64,000 bases of DNA from Leptonemataceae bacterium (GTDB taxonomy: Bacteria; Spirochaetota; Leptospiria; Leptospirales; Leptonemataceae). The notes under the pieces are model-generated. The model did no database searches, had not been told where the DNA came from, and saw nothing but the letters and a program-made list of their open reading frames with translations. The position numbers were made by a program, and so were the translations under genes. This document shows positions 8,372-17,897 of the stretch, one piece after another. The stretch lies in contig OZ245742.1 of the NCBI GenBank assembly GCA_965227295.1, positions 1,856,001 through 1,920,000 of the forward strand, given 5' to 3'. Numbering within the stretch: position 1 is the first letter of the stretch; the number at the start of each line of letters is the position of its first letter.

Positions 8372-8959
8372 ACTCCGAGGACCGAGGGGTCGAGGGGAAG
8401 ATGGAGGGATGTTGGTTGATTTGAGTTGATTTGCAATTTTTTGGAGAGGGCGATGAAAAAGGTGGAACGATTTGCGGCTTTGGTGCCCTCTCCGGGCATG
8501 AGATTTCCGCGTGGATCGTTTCCGACCGACCGCATCACCGAAAAAATTATCGGCTGTGCCATTGAAGTTCATCGAAATCTCGGTCCGGGGTTACTCGAGT
8601 CGGCCTACGAACTTTGTCTGGTATATGAGTTGGAAAACGCGAACTGCTCGTTTCAACGCCAGGTAGAACTCCCGCTGACTTACAAAGGACTTCATCTGAG
8701 TGCAGGATACAGGATGGACTTCATTGTTGAGGGACGCGTTATCATTGAGATCAAAGCCGTCGAATCGATCAAGCCGGTGCATTACGCCCAGCTGATGACA
8801 TACATGCGCCTCAGCCAGAAACCGACAGGCTTGCTACTGAACTTTCACAGCCCCTACATGCGCACCGGCATCAAAAGACTGAGACTCCAGACATAACAAA
8901 CCAATGTTCATGTATGAAATACTCTCCCATCCTCCCCTCGGTTCCTCGGTCCTCGGAGT
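8372..8959. mobile_element. GxxExxY gene cassette bounded by ~34-bp imperfect inverted repeats
   Basis: Left end ACTCCGAGGACCGAGGGGTCGAGGGGAAGATGG; right end (reverse complement) ACTCCGAGGACCGAGGAACCGAGGGGAGGATGG. Interior is lower in GC than the flanks; the cassette sits inside an otherwise coherent operon. Confidence 0.6.
8453..8896 (+). CDS. GxxExxY protein (PD-(D/E)xK nuclease-like)
   Basis: [50 protein letters not shown] and GLLLNF. Confidence 0.92.
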   Translation: MKKVERFAALVPSPGMRFPRGSFPTDRITEKIIGCAIEVHRNLGPGLLESAYELCLVYELENANCSFQRQVELPLTYKGLHLSAGYRMDFIVEGRVIIEIKAVESIKPVHYAQLMTYMRLSQKPTGLLLNFHSPYMRTGIKRLRLQT

Positions 8960-8971
8960 TAACGATTCCCC

Positions 8972-9835
8972 ATGACCTCCCCGTTACACATAGGCGTCGC
9001 CGCGTGTTTCTTTCACCCGGATCCGGAGCGGAACATCTTCAAAGGCAAGACCCTGCTCTACGCCGAAGAATCCATGCTGCACTATCTCATGCGGAGCGGG
9101 GCGTTGCCGCTCCTGCTGCCGTCCGCCCACGCCGGTTTCGACGCCGCGGCGGTGATCGACGGAGTGGACGGCCTCTTGCTCCAGGGCGGCTCCGATGTTT
9201 CGCCCTTAAGTTACGGTGAAGAGCCATTAGACGAAGCCTGGGCCGGCGACCGCGTGCGGGACCTCTACGAAATCGAACTGATCCGTGCGGCCCTCGCCGC
9301 CGGCAAACCGGTCTACGGCATCTGCCGCGGGCACCAGATCCTCAACGTCGCCCTCGGCGGATCACTCTATCAGGACATCGGCACGCAGTTGCCGCAGGCG
9401 ATCGTTCACCGCGATCCCGACGTCTACGATCAACTGCGCCACGAAGTGCGCATCGAATCAACGAGCCGGCTCGGCGATCTATACCGAAAGTATTACGGCG
9501 AGGAAATCAGGAGCGGCACGGTGAACTCGGTGCATCACCAGGCGGTGAAGGACCTTGCGCCGGGATTTGCCGTGGAAGCGCGCTCCGCTGAGGACGGCAT
9601 CATCGAAGCGATTCGCCTGGTTGATCCCGCCGCGGCGAATCTTCCGCAAAACACGCCGGATCACGCGGATCCGCCGTATGCGGCGGGCGTGCAGTGGCAT
9701 CCGGAGTTTCAGTATGCCGGGCGGGACGACGCGCTGCTTTCGCCGGAGCCCATGCTCACGGAATTCTTACACGAGGCTTCCCGCCGCAGACTCCAAAAGG
9801 AAAAAAGTCTCGCGGAGGAGAGCCGCTCCCACTAA
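8972..9835 (+). CDS. Gamma-glutamyl-gamma-aminobutyrate hydrolase family (peptidase C26, PuuD-like)
   Basis: DGLLLQGGSDV, GICRGHQILNVALGG, VNSVHHQAV and GVQWHPE (class I glutamine amidotransferase Cys-His-Glu triad). Confidence 0.92.
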   Translation: MTSPLHIGVAACFFHPDPERNIFKGKTLLYAEESMLHYLMRSGALPLLLPSAHAGFDAAAVIDGVDGLLLQGGSDVSPLSYGEEPLDEAWAGDRVRDLYEIELIRAALAAGKPVYGICRGHQILNVALGGSLYQDIGTQLPQAIVHRDPDVYDQLRHEVRIESTSRLGDLYRKYYGEEIRSGTVNSVHHQAVKDLAPGFAVEARSAEDGIIEAIRLVDPAAANLPQNTPDHADPPYAAGVQWHPEFQYAGRDDALLSPEPMLTEFLHEASRRRLQKEKSLAEESRSH

Positions 9836-9849
9836 ACGTTCCTCAGGCT

Positions 9850-11232
9850 ATGCTGAAGGTAATCAACCCCGCGACGGAAGAGCTCATCACCGAACTCGAG
9901 GCCGACGACTCGCGCTCCATCATCGAAAAGTACAACCGCGCCATGTCCGCGCAGTTGGAATGGATGCAAACGAAGCCCGGGGAACGCGCCCGGGCCTTGC
10001 AAAAGTTCCGGGACCTGCTCGTGGAAAAGTCCGGGACCCTCGCGCGCACCCTTACCGAAGAAATGGGCAAACCCATCCGTCAGGCCCGGTCCGAAATCGA
10101 CGCCACGACGGCCCGCGTGGATTTTTTCTTAACCAACTTTCAGCGATTCTTAGCGGACGATCAAGTCCTCTCCCGGGAACAGGCCGCCGACGGTCGCACC
10201 GCCGAGCGCATCTCTTACGAACCCCTGGGCGTCATTGCCAACATCAGCGCGTGGAACTATCCGTACTTCGTGGGCTCCAACGTCTTCGTACCGGCGCTGC
10301 TCACCGGCAACGCCGTGCTCTACAAACCGTCGGAGTTTGCCTCGCTGACCGGTTTGTCCATCGCCGAACTCCTCATGGAAGCCGACGTGCCGGACGAGGT
10401 GTTCATCCCGATCATCGGCGGCGCCTTCGCGGGTCAGGAGTTGCTGAAGTGGCCGGTGCAGGGCGTCTTCTTTACGGGTTCGTTCCGTACGGGCCGCGCC
10501 ATCGCGGATATTCTTTCGCGACGCTTCACGCGATTGCAGCTCGAACTCGGCGGCAAGGATCCCATCTTCATTGCGGACGACGTGGATGTAGCCGCTGCCG
10601 CCGCCGCCGCTGCCGACGGCGCGTTCTACAACACCGGGCAATCCTGCTGCTCCGTGGAACGCATCTACGTCCACGAAAAAATTTACGACGCCTTCGTGGA
10701 GGCTTTCGTCGAGAGCGTAAAAGGTTTCGTCGTCGGCGATCCTTTGAACGAGGACACCTACATCGGTCCGCTGACGCGCAAGGAACAACTGCGCACGCTC
10801 AAACAACAGGTGGAGGACGCCGTGGCCAAAGGCGGCGACCTCAAACTCGGCGGGAACGTCATGAATCGTCCCGGTTATTATTTCGAACCGACGGTCATCG
10901 CCGACGCCACCCACGACATGGAACTCATGACCGAGGAAAGCTTCGGTCCCGTCATCGGCATTCAAAAAGTCTCCAGCGACGTCGAGGCCATGCACTTAAT
11001 GAACGACACCCGCTACGGTCTCACGGCCGGCGTCTTCTCGAACGACGGCGAACGCGCGGAACGCATTCTCGCTAAGATCAACGCGGGTTCAGTTTACTGG
11101 AACTGCTCCGACCGCGTGTCGCCGCGTCTCCCGTGGTCCGGCCGCGGCGATTCCGGCATCGGTGTTACGCTCGGGGAAGACGGGATTCGCACGTTCCTGA
11201 AACCGAAGGCGTGGCATCTGCGGACGCCTTAA
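9850..11232 (+). CDS. Aldehyde dehydrogenase
   Basis: AWNYP, FTGS, LELGGKDP, GQSCCSVER and EESFGPV; start at ATG 9850. Confidence 0.94.
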   Translation: MLKVINPATEELITELEADDSRSIIEKYNRAMSAQLEWMQTKPGERARALQKFRDLLVEKSGTLARTLTEEMGKPIRQARSEIDATTARVDFFLTNFQRFLADDQVLSREQAADGRTAERISYEPLGVIANISAWNYPYFVGSNVFVPALLTGNAVLYKPSEFASLTGLSIAELLMEADVPDEVFIPIIGGAFAGQELLKWPVQGVFFTGSFRTGRAIADILSRRFTRLQLELGGKDPIFIADDVDVAAAAAAAADGAFYNTGQSCCSVERIYVHEKIYDAFVEAFVESVKGFVVGDPLNEDTYIGPLTRKEQLRTLKQQVEDAVAKGGDLKLGGNVMNRPGYYFEPTVIADATHDMELMTEESFGPVIGIQKVSSDVEAMHLMNDTRYGLTAGVFSNDGERAERILAKINAGSVYWNCSDRVSPRLPWSGRGDSGIGVTLGEDGIRTFLKPKAWHLRTP

Positions 11233-11401
11233 TACAATCATACAAAAGATAAATCTACCACCGAGGCTCTGAGTCACGGAGGGCGTTGGGCGATCCAACT
11301 CCTTAAGTAATGTTACGTGGATGTTAGTATCCTTGCCCTTCCCGACGTAGTGAGAGGCCCGGAGAGATTGGGACCTGCCGGGCGCATGGATGCTTGGTTT
11401 T

Positions 11402-11525
11402 TTGGGCGCCTCGCCGCTGCGCGGCGACCGGGCTGCTACGGGCTCGCGCATTCGCGCTCGTTCCTCCGCGCCTTCGGCGCTCCGGCATTGCGCCTGACGG
11501 CGCAACCCTCCGCATCCCTGGCGCG
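11402..11525 (+). repeat. Single REP-like unit of the GGGCGC family
   Basis: TTGGGCGCCTCGCC...GGCGACCGGGCTGCTACGGGC...CGCATCCCTGGCGCG, colinear with 5256-5355. Confidence 0.75.
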
Positions 11526-11826
11526 GGAGAGATTTCACTTCACGATAAGATCCTGTCGTTCGAGATGCTCAGAAACAGTCCCTCCTAACAGGTCCGATTC
11601 TATGCTCAAGATTTCGTGAGCCTGTAAGGCTATTCCCCTGGTGTAGGCTTCCGTATGGTGGACTCGGATGGTCTGCGAACCATCGGACTCGGTTTCTACC
11701 CGCTCGAAGACGTTCATCTCGGTCACCTGGTTTGCCTGAATAATCCCAATGATAATGGGCATTTTCTGCTTATCCAGGGCAAGGGGAGCTCCCGAAAGTC
11801 CTCTAGGGCAAAAGAATGATACTTCG

Positions 11827-12111
11827 TCACATGCTTTGCACGATGTTGTGGCGACGGAGTTCCACGCGGAACTCACGCGATGCATACTGCACGCCCTGAT
11901 CCGAATGGAACATCAGCCCCTTGCCCGGCGGCCTCGTCTTCACGGCCATATCCAGCGCCGCCACGGCGAGTTGCGCAGGCATACGATCCTGCACGTCCCA
12001 ACCGATGATGCGACGCGAGAACAGGTCCATCACAACGCATAGATAGACCCAGCCAATGCGCGTTTTCAGGAACGTGATATCCGAAGCCCAGACACGATTA
12101 GGTTGCGCCAC
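11827..12111 (-). pseudogene. IS3 OrfB integrase-core (rve) fragment
   Basis: PNRVWASDITFL...GWVYLCVVMDLFSRRIIGW...FHSDQGVQYAS...IVQSM; the N-terminus and the final catalytic Glu region are missing. Confidence 0.88.
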
Positions 12112-12168
12112 GTTGAAGTTACGGCCGAGAAAGAAACTCCTCGCGATGAGCTTCCATGAACTCGAAAA

Positions 12169-12462
12169 CTACAGTTCTCTCGATAGCATGGCCGCGAACT
12201 TTTTTAGGATCGTGTTATCCATCTTCAGTTCGGCGTTCTCTTTACGAAGCTGCTCCAGTTCCTCTTCGACGCTGAGCTTGCTGCGCTTCTCTTTGCCTTT
12301 TTCTTCTTTGGCCTCTCGATCCATATACTCCTTCTTCCACTCACGCAAAGTCCAGTAGCTGATCCCCAGCGACGCCGACACTTCTTTGAGGGTGCGCTCA
12401 CCCTCCACGACGGCCTTCACGGCCTCCTCGCGGAATTCCCGCGGATACCTCTTCTTTTTCAC
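12169..12462 (-). CDS. IS3 OrfA transposase (HTH)
   Basis: KRYPREFREEAVK...LGISYWTLREWKK...LRKENAELKMDNTILKK. Confidence 0.9.
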   Translation of the reverse strand: MKKKRYPREFREEAVKAVVEGERTLKEVSASLGISYWTLREWKKEYMDREAKEEKGKEKRSKLSVEEELEQLRKENAELKMDNTILKKFAAMLSREL

Positions 12463-12548
12463 TCTGACCTCCTTATTCAGGACGCCCGATTTAGTGTATC
12501 AGTTTTCGGGGATAAGCCACTCCGGCCCTCGGAGTCAATCTTCCCCCC

Positions 12549-15083
12549 TCACTCAAACCCCATCACGAACTTCTCGCACTCCTCCGCCACCATCGGTTTC
12601 GCAAAAAGATAGCCCTGATAGTACCGGCAACCCAACGAACGAAAGAACTCCAACTGTTCGTCGGTCTCCACACCCTCGACGATCACATCGAAGCCCAGGT
12701 TTTCGGCGAAGGCCACCAGGCCGCGGACGATGCGTTCGTCCTCATTGATGTTCTCCACGAACGAACGATCGATCTTAATGGTATCGATGGGAAAACGGCG
12801 CACGTAGGTCAACGCGGCACCGCCGACGCCGAAGTCGTCGACGTGAAACCGAATGCCCACCGCAGTGAGTTCTCTCATGACCCGTAAGACCGGAGCCGCA
12901 TCGTCATCACCCACGATGCCGCGCTCGACGATCTCCAGCTTGAGCCGCCCGGCATCGAAACCGGTGCGACGAACGATGCGCTGAACCATGGCCGCAAAGT
13001 CCGGGTGCACTAACTGTCGCGGAGTGACATTTACCGAAAGTTCCACCGGTGGATGTGCCGTTTCCCCCGCCGCCTGCAGGCACCGGCAGGCCTCTTCCAA
13101 CACCCACTCGCCGATCTCCAGAATCAGTCCGCGCTCTTCCGCCAGGTCGATGAACTCCCCCGGCGGTATCAGGCCGTGGACGGGATGCATCCAGCGGATG
13201 AGCGCCTCCACTCCGCGCACGGTCCGATCCTCCACGTCGATCTGGGGCTGATAGTACAATACAAAGCGCCCGTCCGGGGATTCCCCGTCTTCATCGCCGC
13301 GACCCATGGCGCGGATCAGGGCTTTCTCCGTTTCGAAGAGGCGCGCCGTGCGGCGGTTCATCTCGGCGTTGAATAACTGTACATGGTTTTTATGCAGCTT
13401 GGCTCGTGCTAAGGCAATCTCCGCATGACTTAGTAATTCTCCGGCACTCCGACCGTCCATGGGATAAAACGCCAGACCGGCACTGAAGGTTACGGGAATC
13501 TCTTCGCCGCCCACTTCAAAGGGCTTGAGACGAAACAAATCCTGTAAACCTTCCGCAAAGAACACGGCCTGGGCCGTGTCGTGGATGCCCGGAAGAAAGA
13601 CGCCGAACTTGTCACCGCTCAGCCGGGAAAGCGTAAATGCCTGGGGCACGAACTGCTGCATACGATCGGCGATGGCCCGGAGCAATTCGTCCCCCGCCGG
13701 GAAACGAAACAGGTCGTTAATCTCGCGAAAGTTATCGATGTCGATATAAAGCGTGGCGATCATGCCGCCGACGTTCGTGGCGGTATCCATGGCCGCGACC
13801 TCGGGGCGCCGGGCCGCGCGAGCCACCGCCTGGTCCAGGCGATCAAGAAACAGCGAGCGATTTGCCAGTCCGGTCAACGAATCGTACAGGCGCGATCGTT
13901 CCCGTTCCTCTTCGACGCGTTTGCGCTCACCGATGTCCGAGAAGACGACCTGGATGGCATCGTGACCGAACCAGTTGACCTTCGCCGCCGCCACCTCCAC
14001 GTCCGCGGTACTACCGTCTATGCGCAGGAACTGCTCTTCTCGCAACGGCAGGATGCGCCCCATCGGATCGTTCAATAAACTGCGCATGCGCACCTGCACC
14101 CGCGCCCGGTAGGCCGGATGCACGTACTCCAGAACCCGGCGATCGGCGTTGAGTTCTTCCACGGTCTTCACGCCGAAAAATTCAAGGCCCCGCGGATTCA
14201 TGTACAGGATGCGCTGACCGTCGTGTACCAGTTGCGGCAACGGCAGGAGTTTCGTAAGATTCAAAAAAATGTCGTCGGAAACCCGCAGAGCTTCGCGGGC
14301 TCGCGTGCGCATCAAATGCGCGTCGTAGAACAACCGGCGCAGCGGTAGTGCGACGGCTTCGATTTCCTCGCGCGAAACGTCTGTCCGCGCGGAGACGAAC
14401 ATCATCAGGCCGATCAACTGTGAGCCGCCCAGTGAACGGCCGAGTTCTTGAAAGAGATCCGTGTCGCGGATCTCCACCGTATGAAAGGCGTTCGCCCGAT
14501 TTATACGGCGCAGCAAGGCGGACAGACGCTCGTAACTTCTACCACATAGAACATAAGCCAGATCCCGAAACACGCGCCGTCCCGAGTCGGCATATCCGCG
14601 CAGATCCAGACTGCGTTCGACGTAGGCGTTCAGTTCGGCCGGATCACGCACCGCCAGGTAGCCGTCGTAATCGGGGGCCGCGGCCAGGCCGGACTTCGTA
14701 ATGCAATCGTAGGCCATGCTGCCGGGCTGAGCGCCGTCGATCTCCGCAAGATGACGCCGACCGGTCATCAGCAGGGCCGCCCGTTCCTGCCAGAACCACT
14801 TCACGGCGACGGCGAGATGGCGGTACTGAGAACGGCGTCCGCGATCGTCCGTGAACGGCCCGTTCGGATTTTCTTCGTAGACGCCGAAGAAGATCGACCG
14901 TAACTTCAGCTCAGGATATTCTTGTATGATGCGCTGGCACTCAAAGTACAGCGACTCATACCTGGGTTCCACGTGAGAGACGCAGGCCCGCCACTGTCGG
15001 CGCATGCGTTGCCAGAACCCCGGCGATTCGCGATGTTCCTCTGCGAAACCGTCCCTGTCGTCGAAGGAGGCCACGCGGTTCAA
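12549..15083 (-). CDS. PAS-GGDEF(degenerate)-EAL c-di-GMP phosphodiesterase
   Basis: PAS (YVHPAYR...[11 protein letters not shown]); [15 protein letters not shown] replaces [28 protein letters not shown] and QGYLFAKP. Confidence 0.92.
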   Translation of the reverse strand: MNRVASFDDRDGFAEEHRESPGFWQRMRRQWRACVSHVEPRYESLYFECQRIIQEYPELKLRSIFFGVYEENPNGPFTDDRGRRSQYRHLAVAVKWFWQERAALLMTGRRHLAEIDGAQPGSMAYDCITKSGLAAAPDYDGYLAVRDPAELNAYVERSLDLRGYADSGRRVFRDLAYVLCGRSYERLSALLRRINRANAFHTVEIRDTDLFQELGRSLGGSQLIGLMMFVSARTDVSREEIEAVALPLRRLFYDAHLMRTRAREALRVSDDIFLNLTKLLPLPQLVHDGQRILYMNPRGLEFFGVKTVEELNADRRVLEYVHPAYRARVQVRMRSLLNDPMGRILPLREEQFLRIDGSTADVEVAAAKVNWFGHDAIQVVFSDIGERKRVEEERERSRLYDSLTGLANRSLFLDRLDQAVARAARRPEVAAMDTATNVGGMIATLYIDIDNFREINDLFRFPAGDELLRAIADRMQQFVPQAFTLSRLSGDKFGVFLPGIHDTAQAVFFAEGLQDLFRLKPFEVGGEEIPVTFSAGLAFYPMDGRSAGELLSHAEIALARAKLHKNHVQLFNAEMNRRTARLFETEKALIRAMGRGDEDGESPDGRFVLYYQPQIDVEDRTVRGVEALIRWMHPVHGLIPPGEFIDLAEERGLILEIGEWVLEEACRCLQAAGETAHPPVELSVNVTPRQLVHPDFAAMVQRIVRRTGFDAGRLKLEIVERGIVGDDDAAPVLRVMRELTAVGIRFHVDDFGVGGAALTYVRRFPIDTIKIDRSFVENINEDERIVRGLVAFAENLGFDVIVEGVETDEQLEFFRSLGCRYYQGYLFAKPMVAEECEKFVMGFE

Positions 15084-16480
15084 AACCTCGCGTTCCCTGG
15101 CGTGCGCGGGAACGGAACCACATCGCGAATATTTTCCATGCCGCTGATGAATTGCACCAGGCGTTCCAGGCCGAGACCGAAGCCGGCATGGGGCGCGGAA
15201 CCGTAGCGCCGCAAATCCAGATACCAGGCGTAGGCGTCCAGGTCCAGGCCGTGTTCCTGCATGCGTGCGGAGAGTACGTCGATGCGGGCCTCGCGCTCGC
15301 TGCCGCCGATGATCTCGCCCACACCGGGAACGAGCACGTCCATAGCGCGCACGGTCTTTTCGTCGTCGTTGAGTTTCATGTAGAAGGCCTTGATGTCCTT
15401 GGGATAATCGGTGAGGATCAGCGGCTTACGCAGATGTTCTTCCGTTAAGTAGCGCTCGTGTTCACTTTGCAGATCCACGCCCCAGTTTACCGGAAACTCG
15501 AATTTCTTTTTCTTTGACGAGGCGGCCTGTTCGAGGATCTCGATCGCCTCGGTGTAGGTCATGCGTTCGAAGGGCGCTTCGGCCAGGTTTTCCAGGCGGG
15601 CGATGGTTTCTTTATCGATGCGTTCGTTGAAAAAGTCGAGGTCCGTGCGGCAGTGTTCCAGGACGTAGCGAAAGATGTACTTCAGAAAATCTTCGGCCAA
15701 CTGCGCGTCGTCCTCCAGATCGGCGAAGGCCATCTCCGGTTCGATCATCCAGAACTCGGCCAGGTGCCGGGAGGTGTTTGAGTTTTCCGCGCGAAAAGTG
15801 GGTCCGAAGGTATAGATGCGCCCCAGGGACATGGCGTAGGCCTCGCCTTCGAGTTGTCCGCTTACCGTCAGGTACGTGGGGATGCCGAAGAAGTCCTCGC
15901 TCCATTTCACCGCGCCGCCCTCGCGCGGGACCATGTTCAAATCAAAACCGGTCACCGCGAAAAGATGGCCCGCGCCCTCGGCGTCGTTGCCGGTAATGAT
16001 GGGCGTGTGAATGTAGTGAAAATCGCGTTCCTGGAAAAAGCGATGCACGGCGTGACTCACGGCGCTGCGCAAACGAAAGACGGCGCCGAAGGTATTCGTG
16101 CGCGGACGCAGGTGCGCGATCTCCCGCAAAAATTCAAAGCTGTGCCGCTTTTTTTGAATGGGGAATTCCGGCGGAGCCTCGCCCAGGAGTCGCACTTCGG
16201 TGGCATGCACTTCTACGGACTGGCCTTTGCCCGGCGAAGCCTTTAAGGTTCCCGTAACATACACCGCGGCACCGGTGGCGGCATGAAGCACTTCGCTTTC
16301 GTAGTTCGGCAACTCACCGGGCGCGACAACCTGAATGCTCGTAAAGATGGAGCCGTCGTTCAGTTCCAGGAACGAGAAGCCGCCTTTGGAATCACGGCGA
16401 CTGCGTACCCAGCCGGCCAGTTTCACCGTGCGATCATCTCCCGGTGTGGTCAGCAACTCTCGGATCAGCGTGCGCTCCAT
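15080..16480 (-). CDS. asnS: Asparagine--tRNA ligase
   Basis: [59 protein letters not shown] and GFGLGLER. Confidence 0.97.
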   Translation of the reverse strand: MERTLIRELLTTPGDDRTVKLAGWVRSRRDSKGGFSFLELNDGSIFTSIQVVAPGELPNYESEVLHAATGAAVYVTGTLKASPGKGQSVEVHATEVRLLGEAPPEFPIQKKRHSFEFLREIAHLRPRTNTFGAVFRLRSAVSHAVHRFFQERDFHYIHTPIITGNDAEGAGHLFAVTGFDLNMVPREGGAVKWSEDFFGIPTYLTVSGQLEGEAYAMSLGRIYTFGPTFRAENSNTSRHLAEFWMIEPEMAFADLEDDAQLAEDFLKYIFRYVLEHCRTDLDFFNERIDKETIARLENLAEAPFERMTYTEAIEILEQAASSKKKKFEFPVNWGVDLQSEHERYLTEEHLRKPLILTDYPKDIKAFYMKLNDDEKTVRAMDVLVPGVGEIIGGSEREARIDVLSARMQEHGLDLDAYAWYLDLRRYGSAPHAGFGLGLERLVQFISGMENIRDVVPFPRTPGNARF

Positions 16481-16576
16481 ACATACAGCGAATCATCCAG
16501 CGGAACGAACGTAAAGCGGGATTTCCGCAATAGACACAAGCGTTGACGTACGAATGCAAACGAGATGCAATGCACC

Positions 16577-17176
16577 ATGCTGGAGTTCTGGTACGAATTC
16601 GCGAGCACGTACTCTTATCTGACGGCACCGCGCATTGCGGACGAAGCGCGGCGCGCCGACGTCCCCCTTGTCTGGCGACCGTTCCTTTTGGGGCCGATCT
16701 TTCAGCGCCAGGGCTGGAAGGATTCGCCGTTTAATATTTATCCCGCGAAGGGTCGTTACATGTGGCGGGACCTCGAACGCCGGGCCCGGGCTTACGGCTA
16801 CAACTTTCGCAAACCTTCACAGTTCCCGCGAAACGGCCTGCGCGCGGCGCGCATTGCCGTAACCGGCCAGGACGAGGACTGGATCGGCGAGTTCACGAAA
16901 CGCGTCTACATCGCAAATTTTGAAGAGGACCGCGACATCGCCGGGCGCGACGAACTGGAACGCATTCTGCGCGAGCTGAGCCTCGATGTCGACGCCATCC
17001 TCGGTGCGGCGGCGTCGAACGAAACGAAACAAAAGCTGCGCACCCAGACCGAAGAGGCGCAGGCCCTGGACATCTTCGGCGCGCCGGCGTTCATCGTACG
17101 AAAAGACGGGCAGGAGCCCGAGCTGTTCTGGGGAGACGATCGCCTGGCAGACGCGCTGGAGTGGGCGCGGCGTTAA
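16577..17176 (+). CDS. 2-hydroxychromene-2-carboxylate isomerase / DsbA-like (GST kappa) protein
   Basis: LEFWYEFASTYSYL, WRPFLLGPIF, FGAPAF and ELFWGDDRL. A TTGACG-17-TGCAAT promoter lies just upstream (16543-16571). Confidence 0.9.
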   Translation: MLEFWYEFASTYSYLTAPRIADEARRADVPLVWRPFLLGPIFQRQGWKDSPFNIYPAKGRYMWRDLERRARAYGYNFRKPSQFPRNGLRAARIAVTGQDEDWIGEFTKRVYIANFEEDRDIAGRDELERILRELSLDVDAILGAAASNETKQKLRTQTEEAQALDIFGAPAFIVRKDGQEPELFWGDDRLADALEWARR

Positions 17177-17194
17177 CCGAATCGCAAACCGACG

Positions 17195-17848
17195 TTAAGT
17201 TTTGTGGGCGAGGCCGGTGAAGTAAATGCCGGCGTGCTCGACGCAGGCGCGTTCTACGGCCTGGGGATCGTCTTCTTCGCCGTGTAAGATGAACGAGTTG
17301 ATGATGCCCACCATGGATGTGGAATACAGGCGGACGATGTAAGCGAGTTCCTGGGGCGTGGCGCTGACCTGAATTTCTTTTTGCGCGGCGGCGTGTTCCA
17401 GGAGGAGCAGAAGCGGCGTGGCGGCCCGGCTGGTTTCGGTCTCGATGGCCGCCTGGAGTTCCGGATTATCGCTGGAAAAGTCGCCGCGGCGTACGAGGAA
17501 GAGGGCGCGGTAGTGGCGGCCGTGGTTGCGGTAAAAATCGCAGAAGAGGCGCGCGCAGCGAATGAATTCGCGGCGGATTTGTTTCGCAGAGGGCTTAATG
17601 TCCGCGAGCAGATCGGCCAGAATGCGCAGTCCCTCTAACTTAATGTGAGCGTATATTTCCTCTTTGCCGCTGAAGTGTGCATAGATGGCGCTTTTGCCGT
17701 AACCCACGGCCTCGCAAATTTCCCGGATGCTTACGTTCTCGTAACCGCGGCGCAGAAAGAGATCCCGGCTCTTGCGCAAAATCAGTCGCTTGCGTTCTTC
17801 GAGGCGTTTCTTTTTTTGCGTAGTGAGTGCGGCCTGGGAAGTGGACAT
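17195..17848 (-). CDS. TetR/AcrR family regulator
   Basis: LFLRRGYENVSIREICEAVGYGKSAIYAHFSGKEEI HTH. Confidence 0.92.
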   Translation of the reverse strand: MSTSQAALTTQKKKRLEERKRLILRKSRDLFLRRGYENVSIREICEAVGYGKSAIYAHFSGKEEIYAHIKLEGLRILADLLADIKPSAKQIRREFIRCARLFCDFYRNHGRHYRALFLVRRGDFSSDNPELQAAIETETSRAATPLLLLLEHAAAQKEIQVSATPQELAYIVRLYSTSMVGIINSFILHGEEDDPQAVERACVEHAGIYFTGLAHKT

Positions 17849-17897
17849 CGGACTGCTTTGATGAAACCGTCGGCGCCGCCCTTCTGTAAAGTAAGAT

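Larger units (their letters stand above)
11827..12519 (-). mobile_element. IS3-family insertion sequence, internally deleted and truncated
   Basis: Left end TGGCTTATCCCCGAAAACTGATACAC at 12519; orfA plus a DDE-domain fragment of orfB; no right IR seen. Confidence 0.85.

Noticed and set aside
6965-8959. CCGAGG repeats as a CRISPR array
   Set aside because: The copies are dispersed and inverted, with no regular spacers and no cas genes.
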